A stretch of DNA of 64,000 bases from Monocercomonoides exilis PA203 (Eukaryota; Protista; Preaxostyla), in the NCBI GenBank assembly GCA_001643675.2, contig LSRY02000003.1, forward strand, positions 434,001-498,000, read 5' to 3'. Positions 36,658-47,062 of the stretch are shown here, piece by piece. Position numbers and translations under genes: made by a program. Each line of letters begins with the position of its first letter. The first letter of the stretch is position 1. The notes beneath the pieces were generated by a model, which ran no database searches, was not told the DNA's origin, and saw only the letters and a list, made by a program, of their open reading frames with translations.

Positions 36658-39652
36658 ATGAGCGAAGGTATTTTGATTATTACTTGTTTTTGTGAAACTT
36701 GATTATTGTGATTTTTTATACTGTATATTTTCAGCGAAGCAATGGGTTTTGTCTGTGAACTTTCTTCCAGAGGGAGAAGAAAAATCAAAAGCCGAAGAAC
36801 TTTTCAAAGAGTTTGAGTTCTCACTTTTTATTGGAGATTTTACTTAATATGTATTTCAAATTTTTTATTTCTTTTACAAATTATTTGTTACAGATTCGGA
36901 TTAATTGAAACAAAAATTGTTAAAAAGGATTTTGCACAAGTTATTCTACCTTCTCGAGATGATTGCGTAAAGGTATATTGCAGTGTTCAATGTTAACATT
37001 TGATATTAGAAAAATTATTAGGCAATTGCCGCTGTTAATCATTATCAAGTTGGATCAAAACAAATTTTGGTATCATTTGCTGATCCTGATGAAAATGTCA
37101 CCACATTGGCTCTTGACGGATTTTCAGAAGTACCAACAGAAGAAAATGTTCGAGATCTTGTTCTTCCATTTTGCAAGCCACAGTTTATAAGTATTTCACA
37201 AGATAAACGTTCTGGAAGGATAACAACACTTGTTGATATGTATGGAAAGGAAGCAAAAGTTATCAAAAAAGCCATTTCTGAAGGGAAATTCCAAACAAAA
37301 GAAGGGAAGCCAATTATTGCTAAAGAAAGCAAAAAGAGAGCAGCTCCTGTCGCAGCAAAACCGAAGCCAGAGCAAAAGCCTGCACAAAGCAAAGCAGCTC
37401 CATCAACTTCATCTTCTTCGCCTGCTCCAGTTGAAGAATTGTATGATCCTCTGGAATATGCTCTTCCAGGAATAGAAAAAGATGAGGTCTGAAATCTTTA
37501 AATTATTTTGATTTTTTCACTTTTAAAACTCCATTTTAAATATTGAAAATTCTTACATCTTATTTAACGACTATATCTATTATTTTTGTGTGTTTTTATT
37601 ATTTCTAACAAATTTTAGAAAGTCTTGCCTCAGTTTCCAAAACCAATGAAGCTGGAAACACGTGATGAGACAGATTCACCTCAAGTTCTTGCTGAACATC
37701 ACAAATGGCTCAAAGACCACAACGTCACAATTGTCACAAGATTTCCTCCAGAACCAAACGGTTTTCTTCACATCGGCCACGCAAAAGCCATGTTCCTGGA
37801 CTTCGGACTGGCGAATTTGGAGAACACGAAAGGAGATAAGTTGAAAAGCGAAGGCGCAACAGATTCATCCGTTGCAGGAATAACATATTTGAGATACGAC
37901 GATACAAACCCAAAGGGAGAGAAGCAGATTTACATCGACACAATTAAGGAGACAGTCGAGTGGATGGGCCATCGCCCGTGGAAGGTGACCTACACGTCAG
38001 ACTATTTTGACCAGCTGTACGAATATGCAATCGAACTGATCAAAAGAGGACTTGCGTATGTTGACCATACACCAAAGGCGGAGATCAAAAGACAGAAAGA
38101 CAACGCAATTGAATCGAAGTACCGCAACCGGAGTGTGGAAGAAAACCTGAGGCTGTTTGAAGAAATGCGTCTTGGCCTGTATGCAGAAGGAGAGTGCGTG
38201 CTGAGGCTGAAGATTGACATGCACCACCCGAACTTCAACATGAGAGATCCCATCATTTACCGTGTGATCTATCTGCCTCATCTGCGTTCAGGGGACAAAT
38301 GGTGCATCTACCCAACATACGACTACTCTCACTGCATCTGCGATGCCCTTGAGAACATCACCCACTCGCTGTGCACGATCGAGTTTGAGATTCGGCGGGA
38401 CTCATACTTCTGGCTGTTGGACGTGCTGCACCTGCACAAGCCAGTCGTGTGGGAGATGTCGCGGCTGAACATGTCGCACTCTGTGATGTCCAAGCGGAAG
38501 GTGAATGCGCTTGTGTCGAAAGGAATCGTGTCCGACTGGGACGATCCGCGTTTGACGACGATGATGGGGCTGAGGCGTAGAGGATTCTCGCCAGAGATTC
38601 TGCACTCGTTTGTGCGGAAGGTGGGCATCACCAGAAACGAAAATCTGATTCAGTTCAATCTGTTGGAGTATTGCGCAAGGAAGTATCTGAATGAGAATGC
38701 ACGGAGAGTGATGGGGCTACTGGATCCGATTGAAGTGGTGATTGAGAACTTTGATGAAGGACGCGAAGTCGAACGAGAGAAGGAAGAGAAGGAGAAGATG
38801 AGTCTGCACTGCGAAGAGAGAAGCTCTGCTTCTTCTTCCACTTCGGCTGGAGGCGAGTGCTGCTCGAGCATTGAACTTCTTCCTGCACCTGATTTCCCAT
38901 CACATCCAGAGTGGGGCACGCATATTCTTCCATTCACCAACCGCATATTGATCGACAGCAGCGATTTCAAAGAGGTAGATGAGAAATGGTTTTACGGGCT
39001 GGCTCCAGGGAAGGAAGTGGGTCTGAAGTATGCATACAATCTTGTGTGTACATCATATGAGAAAGACCCGAAAACAGGCAAAGTCACTTTGATCAGAGGA
39101 AAGATTGACAGAGCACGCAGCAGAAAAGTGAAAGGGCATTTGACTTGGGTTGCAATCACAGAAAAGCCATTCGATTTGCCTGTCAAGTCTTCATCAGCTT
39201 CAAGTTCAAGTTCTGCCTCTGCTGATTCTGAGTGTGTTGTCCGCATTCAGTCTCCATTAAAGTGCACTGTAAATTGCTTTGACCATCTCTTCAAGTCAGA
39301 AAACTTGAGCGAGTCGCCAAACTGGCTTGAGGAGCTGAACCCGAACAGCATTACGAGCTATCCTAATGCTGTTGTTGATGTGAGTGTGCTGCAGGGCAAC
39401 AGCAGGAGAAGAACGAACGGTGAATGTGCTTCCTCCTCTTCTTCCTCTTCCTCTTCCTCTTCCTCGGTCGTTGGGCTGAAGGAGGAAGACTGCTTCCAAT
39501 TTGAGCGTGTTGGTTTCTTCTGTGTGGATAGAGAGTCCTTCATTCCTCCATTTAGTTCGGCTTGTTCATCCGCTAAGCCTTCTCCTTATTCACCAAAGCT
39601 TGTTTTCAATAGAACTGTTTCTCTGAGGGAAGGAGAAAAGAGAGCGGAGTAA
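36658..39652 (+). CDS. QARS: Glutaminyl-tRNA synthetase with two N-terminal RRM-like domains; exons 36658-36667, 36735-36810, 36894-36972, 37022-37486, 37619-39652
   Basis: TRFPPEPNGFLHIGHAK (HIGH), VMSKRK (KMSKS), GlnRS-type YDYSHCICD and THSLCTIEF, and FQFERVGFF. All four introns are GT-AG and in phase. Confidence 0.93.
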
Positions 39653-40330
39653 TTATGTTGTTTTTTCCATTTAAATAATAAACAAATATTAGAATAAGTA
39701 TTTTCTTTTTCTTTTTATTTCGTTTTGCAAACTTTTTTAATAATTTGCTTTTTAAGTATTCAAGCTTTTTCGAGCGTATAACAAAATATGTTTGGGACTT
39801 TGCATAAGATAATGGATTTTTTTTTTCATTTTTATTCCGAATCCTCACTTTTTTAAAATGAAAAATGAAAAAAAGTGAAGGAAAAGGGAAAGTGGATAAG
39901 TGTGAATCGCAAACTGATTCCAGGAAGATGCGTGATCAGGTTGCTGTTAACTTCAGTGACTGCTTGTTCATCGTTCATCGTTTATTTATGTTGGATATTT
40001 TCTTTTAAATGGATTTTTTGAAAATTTGATAACTATTTCTTTTATTTTTTCTAAATTTGTAATTTCATTTAACAGAAATTTTTAAAAAGATAAAGATAAA
40101 GATAAATAAAAATGTAAAATTGACAGTTTAAAAATAAATTTCAGCAAAACAGAAAGCATTAACAAAAGCAAAACATAACTGCATAAAGAAAGCATTAACA
40201 TAAATGATAAAAAAAACTTTTCCAGAAATTAATATTTTCGATGTCGAATTCTCAATATTACATAAAAAATACTTTATAAAGCCAAAGAATAAAAACAAAA
40301 AATATAAAAAATAAAAAATAAAAGCTCTCT

Positions 40331-41939
40331 TCACAGCGGAAACTGCCTCGCAATTTCTTCGCACAGCCTTCTCCACTTCATCTTCATCTGGCGGTTCTGT
40401 TCGTCTTTCGTTCCGTACCCTGCTTTCTCTCTCTGCGAATTCCCCCACCCCACAATGCTCATGTGATCCCCGTCCCAAACAGGCTCGTAGAAAAACTGTG
40501 TGCACCAGGCGCTCGACCGGGCAGAGACTGATCCGTCGTTGTCGCCTATTCGGATTCCCAGCTGCTCGTCTGACGGAACAACAAACGGAACTTCATCGGC
40601 TGCTTCTTCGCTCTGCCGCCCTTCTTTCTCCTCTGCTTTTGCTTCTTCTTCTTCTGAATCATTGCTTTTGTTATCCTTTGTGCTGCTTTCTTGTTCTCCA
40701 TGTTTCTTAGCAGACGTTTTGAAATCATCTTTTTCCTCTTGAAGCCTTCTGCGTGCCTCTTCTTCTTCAAATGCTTTTATTCTGTCATAATTCCGCCGTT
40801 TGACGAATCCAAGCAAGCTGCGGTCAGTTTTCGAGGAAATGGCGCGAAAAGCAACACCACAATGAGCTTCGAACTGAAATGTTCTCATGTTGTTTATCTC
40901 GCACATCTCAGGGAACAGGTCAATAACTCCGTCACACTCAATCATCAGAAAATGGATGTTGTGAATGAATTGCTGTGGTATTATATTGTATGCGTTTTTG
41001 AGTGACTCATCTTTTGTTAATGGCTTCAATGAAGAAGATGATAAAGATGAAGGTGGTGGTTCGTGTGAAATAGAGGAGGAGGAGGAGGAGGAGGAGGATG
41101 AAAATGAGGAGGCTTTTGTAATAGTTTTTGTTGTAGACTCAAGCATTGACTGACTAACCAAAGATGATGCTGTAGTATTTGATTCCTGCATTGACAAATC
41201 CGAGCGAATCTCATCTGAATTTATTGCTTTTGAGCTTTCAAATTCTGTAACAGAAGGTATTTTCAATGAATCAAATTTATTATCGCTCAATTGCCTATAC
41301 TTCGTTTTGGATGCATTTTTGCTCTTTGAATCAGAACGAAAGGTTTTCAAAACTTTGCTTAACTCGTATCTATAGCCAACTCCAATCGGAGTCTTTTCCA
41401 ACACCCACTTTGCGACTGGTGATCCATGATGAGGTGTTGAAAAAGTTGTGATAGATGCAATATGCTATTGTGAGTTGAAAGAGAGAATTTCAAATAAAAT
41501 GATGGAAAAAAAAACATACTCTATGAAAATTCTCTCCTCGAAAATTCCACAACATTCTACGAGCATCAAGCCCACCCATCGAATGGCAAAGCAAATGAAC
41601 TTTATCAGTGTGGTATTTTTTAAGAACTTTTTCCACAAAAAGTTTCAATTGCTAGAGCAAAAAATAGAAAAAAAAAGAAAAAAGCAGTTAACAATTTTAA
41701 CCGCAAATGTAAAGGTATCAAACATGAGCCCTTTTATCAAGAGATTGAGCAAATCCGACCCAAGAATTTTCAACTGAAAAACCTTGCGAACGAAGAAAAG
41801 TTCTCAAGCCTTTGAAGACATTTAGAGAGTCAAATTTATCTCTGTTATCAACATCCAATAATAACTGAAATATAATATCTAATCTCGCTATTCCATGACA
41901 TAAAATAAAAGGATAAGTTTTGGGAATTGTCTTTGACAT
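40331..41939 (-). CDS. Alpha/beta-hydrolase triacylglycerol lipase (Tgl2 / lactonizing-lipase-like); exons 41939-41724, 41651-41520, 41464-40331
   Basis: YPFILCHG oxyanion motif, KVHLLCHSMGGLDAR (nucleophile Ser), IASITTFSTPHHGSPVA, DNDGSVS (Asp) and DHMSIVGW (His). Two phase-0 introns. Confidence 0.88.
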
Positions 41940-42615
41940 TTAAATGAAAAAATCACAAGACCACAAGTGAAAAAAAAAATTAAGATTTTTTTATGGTTAA
42001 GTAATTATTTGTTTTTCATAATATTTAAGTTCTTCGCACTCTTTTTTTCCTTCTCTTTTTTTGAAATATTTTTTTTATTAAAATAAGGAATTAAATGTTG
42101 AGAAAAACTCCTATCTGTTTTATATTTATTTATCTTATTCTTGTGACTTTCTTTAAAAGTAAATTACAACAAGCTTTCTTTTTATATTTCATGATAATTG
42201 TTCATAACACCATTTATTATTCAAATTTGGAAAACTTATTAAACAAAATAATTTATTATGAGTATTCTTAAATGGAATTCTTTTGCACAAAGTCTTCCGT
42301 TGATTGAGTATCGGAATGTAATTAAAGTTTAAACATTATTAATTATTGGTCAAAAAGGAAAAGAAATAGAACATTTATTAATATTATTTGTTTGTTAACG
42401 GAAAAATATCCGCTTTTTCGGAAAAAAAAACATCATCCAGGATAACGATTTTCGAAAAGTTGCAAATTTTATATTTTCACATTCATCGAAATTGGGTATT
42501 TTTTTCTTCAATTTTGACTATAAATCTGTCAAAGTTGACCTTAATGCAAATCATTTCACATTGGAAAATTTTCATTATCACAATTACAGTTGGTGCAAAA
42601 AATACCTGAAAAAAC

Positions 42616-42919
42616 CGATTTCACAATGACCGCAAGAGGAATAATTCTGTTAATTTTCCTCTAAAAATATATCTCATCAATACAAACTCATTTGATATAC
42701 AAAACTTTCAAAATAGCTTCATTTGTGCTCAGAAAAAAATAATTATTTAAATTTCAAAGAAATAGGATTTTGAGTTTCTCCGAAATTTCTACAATAATTT
42801 TTTTCTGAGCACAAACGAAGCTATTTAAAAAGTCTCGTTTATCAATTGAGTTTGTATTGATGAGATATATTTAGAGGAAAATTAACAGAATTATTCCTCT
42901 TGCGGTCATTGAGAAATCG
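42616..42919. repeat. Long inverted repeat (arms ~130 bp, short loop)
   Basis: CAATGACCGCAAGAGGAATAATTCTGTTAATTTTCCTCTAAA...TTTGTGCTCAGAAAAAAA is mirrored as its reverse complement at ~42793-42919, with few mismatches. Confidence 0.92.
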
Positions 42920-42969
42920 ATCTTGTCCGGTATTTGTTGCACAAACTGTTGTTTGAAGGTGAAATTTGA

Positions 42970-44845
42970 CATGTGGGTGATTATTTTTGAAATCATATCT
43001 TTTTTTGTGGTGTTAATAATTAAGTCATCCAATGTTTTTGGATACTTATTTTTACAAACAAATTCAAATTTTGTGATTATTGTTCCATTATCCGATGCCT
43101 GAGACAAATGCAAGAGACAAAATATCTCTTAAATAGCATTACTCTTTTTCAGTGCACATTTTAAACGTTCGAAACAAATTTTCAAATCGAAATATCTGAT
43201 TGTCATTAAATGATTTCAAAAATAATCACCCATATCGTAATTTTCAAACAGGTGAAATTTCGAAAGTTGGAATGAAAAATCGACGAAAATACCCTTATTC
43301 ATTTTCACCTGAAAATAAAAACAAAAGGTATTTTACAAAAAAAAATTTGACATATGGCTGATCCTTTTTGAAATCGCACTTTCGTTCGAGTTTTGATCAA
43401 AATAATAATCTCAAAGGGATTTTGAAAAAATGAACAACATCGGAAAATACAAACATATGTCTAATTTTTTTTGAGAAGTTCCTTTTGTTTAATTTTCAAA
43501 TAAAGAAAAAATTTCAAATTTTCATCGATTTTTTGTTCCCACGTTTTAAACTTCTATAAAATGAAAATAAAAACATTGTTGAGGTTTTGATATCCAATTA
43601 AGGAAAGTTTAATCCGTGGGAACAGAAATTTGATCGAAATTTGAAATTTTTTCTTTATTTGAAAATTAAACAAAAGGAACTTCTCAAAAAAAATTAGACA
43701 TATGTTTGTATTTTCCGATGTTGTTCATTTTTTCAAAATCCCTTTGAGATTATTATTTTGATCAAAACTCGAATGAAAGTGCGATTTCAAAAAGGATCAG
43801 CCATGTGATATTTTAATCACTTTCATACACTTAGCCAGTGACCGATCTATCTCAAAAAATCTTTAATAAATAATACACAATTTTTTTATTTCGAATAAAA
43901 AGTTTTCCTACTATGATTAAATCAAAGGAGTTATTGTCATATGGTTTCTATAATTTATTCCAGCATTCATAGCATGCGCCATAAAAACAAATCACTTTGA
44001 AAACATTTCGAATGACGAATACGTTTTTCCTGGAGATATACAGAAGAATATAACTCTTTGAAAATCGGTAAATAAATAAATAAATTAATAAATAAATAAA
44101 TAAAGAGAGAGATGGAGAGAGAGAGAGAGAGAATAAATATCATTTGAGATATTTTCATGAACCTTGCGTTATTTTGTTGTTTAATGTGGGTGATTATTTT
44201 CGAATCCAGATTTTTCCATTTAAAAATATCGGTTTGAAAATTCACATAGAATATTATTTCTTGAACACAAATAAGTCATTTCTTCTTTCAAAGATAATTT
44301 TTTCTTGAATAAAATCACAAACATCGTTTTTGTTTTCAACTCACTCACTTTTTTCTTTTGAATGAATAGTTCCTCAACAAAGAAATAAAACCTTTGATAA
44401 ACAAATACCCCGAAAAAAGTTATGATTTGAAAAATAATCATCCATATGTATTAATTAACAAAAAGAAACATTATTTTTTTAGAAAGTTCCCAAATTAAAA
44501 TATCCCCAAATAAATGTCCAAAACTTTGATGAAACGAGAAGAGATTTGCTTTCAACCTGAAACTGATATATCTCTGAGTATGATGTGGGTTCTTATTTTT
44601 GAAATCATTTTTTTTCTGTCAAAAGATTCGGTTGAAAATTTTTTCTTGAATATCAACAAAAGAATACTGAAAAGTGAAAAGGCTTATTAAAAAACATCGA
44701 CATCTTTATTTGAGTGAAAACATTTGTTTTTAAAACAGTTGTGATGATTTTTCAATTTGAAGACATTATCTCTTCCAAAAGACAAACAACGTTTGAAAAA
44801 TCGACACCCCGAAAAAAGTTATGATTTCAAAAATAATCACACATG
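42970..44845. repeat. Eight copies of a ~26-bp motif (consensus ATGTGGGTGATTATTTTTGAAATC) in four inward-facing pairs
   Basis: Forward copies at ~42970, 43351, 44184, 44583; reverse copies ending at ~43235, 43807, 44448, 44845. Confidence 0.85.
43351..43807. repeat. Near-perfect inverted repeat, foldback/MITE-like (arms ~193 bp, spacer ~70 bp)
   Basis: 43351-43543 is the reverse complement of 43615-43807 with only a handful of mismatches. Confidence 0.95.
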
Positions 44846-45199
44846 TTTTAGTTGAGCATGTTTTATTTTTTCAAGAAAGGATTTTCCAGATGACCTTCCG
44901 GATGACCTTTTGAGGAAGTGTGAACAGCGATTGATAATCACTTAAAAGAATGAACTGTTTTGTTTGTACTCTCCTACAAAAAGAATCTTCGAAAATTGTG
45001 ATTGCTCCACAATCCTTTTACTGATGCAGGTAAATTACAGATTAAATTGTATTTCAAATTCACAAGAGTGTGTAATTGATTTTTTTGAAATGTGATTCAA
45101 CATATTTTTGGAATTTTTTGCACTTTTGCATTCCCGAGCAGATGCAATGAAATCAAATGCAGATCAATAATACCATATCTTCACAAGATTTGCTAATTG

Positions 45200-46689
45200 C
45201 CAAAATGCGCATTTGAAAAAATTTCGTTATTTCATCCGCAAACCAAAGAAGACTGGAAGGAGAGCTATAAACATGGAGTCAGCTCCAAGTGGTGGAAAGA
45301 TACGTTGAGGTTTAATTGAAGATAAATCAGATGTTCAAAATGATTTGTTCTTTGCACATGTTTTTTATTCGTTTTTTTTTTTAAAAAAAATACATTTTCA
45401 ATTTAAGAATATACAAAAGGCTGGCTACAGAAGAAGATTATCCTGAAATTTCTTTGAAAGCGAAAAGGGTTTTGAAAGATAATCACTTTAGACACGAAAT
45501 CGGCAATTTGAAACGATAATTTTCTTTGATCGTATTTTCGTTGGGATTGATAAGTTTCTCCAGAAATTGTGAAATTGCCTTCAGAAATCGTTTTGAAGGA
45601 AATACGATAATAAAGCCATTCTCGGACACTTTGACATTTTCTGCTCTGCTGATAAGATCATTAATTTCTGTTTTTTCTTTCCGTTTTGATTTTTTCAGTG
45701 AATTTAGTTCATGCATTATAAGCAATCTATTATATATACTGATAATGCTTCCTGTACTGCATTTTGACTATTTTTGGATGCATGCTTCGATGTTTGTGTT
45801 CATGTGGCCGAATTTTGTGATGGAAATTGGATTTCTTTGTGTATTGTTGATAATTGAAATGAAAGAAGTTAGATTTTGTATACGATTTTTCATAATGCTG
45901 GACATAATATCTGTTGCTGCTGTGCTTTTATTTTTGGCTCTTGTTTCACTGAAAGCAGATGGTTTGACTTGATTTCATGTGTTGTGAATTGATCTATCGA
46001 ATATTTTTCTCTCTTTTGATAAATTTTCTTTTTTTATTTATCTCAAATTCTAAATGCAACAAACAGCACACGTATACAACATCCCATCGGCTTTGATGAC
46101 TCTGAAATGGAAAAATGTCTTTTTTCTTCCAGTTTTAAGCAATTTATTTCTTTTGACCCGTTTGGCTGCTACGATGTTTGTTCGAAACAGATTGGGATAT
46201 TACATGGAGTTGAGAGATAAAATGATAATTGTTCGTCTCATTATTGGTGCAAGTGTGATTGTATTTCCTCCCCTGATTCTGGTTCCACTTAAACTTGACG
46301 TAACAATAAATATCCATTTTGGGCTTTGCCAAATTTCTGTTGGCGCACCTGCATTTATATTGGCATGCGCTTCATTTCATGATCATCATAAATGCGCACT
46401 GGATGCTGAGAGAATTGATTGGAAATGTGAAAAGAGAGCGGTGAATCTCTTCTTTGCGATTAAGAAATTTGAGTGGCTGAGAAAGCAACTTGGCCTTACG
46501 ATGCATTGCGAGAACGATCGAGTGAAGGGTTTTGCGGAGCCTGAAGAAGAAAGATGTCGTAAAACAAAAGAAGGAATTGAAAGTATTTCGATTCAAGTGT
46601 CAAATTTGTGGAGAGACATCAAATTCGAGGAAAAGCTTCAGTTGAGAAAGAATTATTATACCTCAACAAAAAGCTCAAAATCCAAATGA
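45200..46689 (+). CDS. Multi-pass membrane protein, 5' structure uncertain, possibly degenerate
   Basis: Hydrophobic ORFs 45526-45972 and 46054-46689 can be joined by a phase-1 intron (GAT G|GTTTGA...AACAG|CA). An in-frame TAA at ~45517 interrupts the upstream continuation. Confidence 0.4.
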
Positions 46690-47062
46690 ATAAACACAAC
46701 AAACTTTAAGAAAGTGTTTTCTTCATTAATCCCCTAAAAAATGAAATTTTCACTTTTTTATTCATTCTTTTATTTATTTTTTTAAAATGTGTGTGTATGT
46801 TTGAAAGTTTTATGTATATACTTTTCTTCATTTCTTTTAAACCCAATTTTGATTAAATGAAGCTTATTTTTAACATGCAATATGTTTATTCAAAAAAGTG
46901 ATTTTTAAACGAATCTATTTCTTGCACATTTCATCAGATTCCATGAGAATGACAATTATACAAAATTTTAATTTTTGGAAAAATTCAAAATAGTATGGGC
47001 GCAAGAATTTTTAATAGGAACTTTTTTTTCTCATCCACATCCGTATCGATACACTTCCTCAC

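Noticed and set aside
39890-39985. GC-richer island between the GlnRS and lipase 3' ends, possible ncRNA or extra exon
   Set aside because: No convincing snoRNA or tRNA structure and no in-phase splice acceptor found.
42970-44845. CRISPR-like or integron-like reading of the repeated motif
   Set aside because: Eukaryotic context, alternating orientation, gaps of 100-400 bp, and no cas or integrase genes.
45517-45519. In-frame TAA as a sign of UAR-to-Gln reassignment, as in some oxymonads
   Set aside because: Conserved genes here end in TAA or TAG (QARS, DYNLT), and multi-kb ORFs have no in-frame TAR codons.
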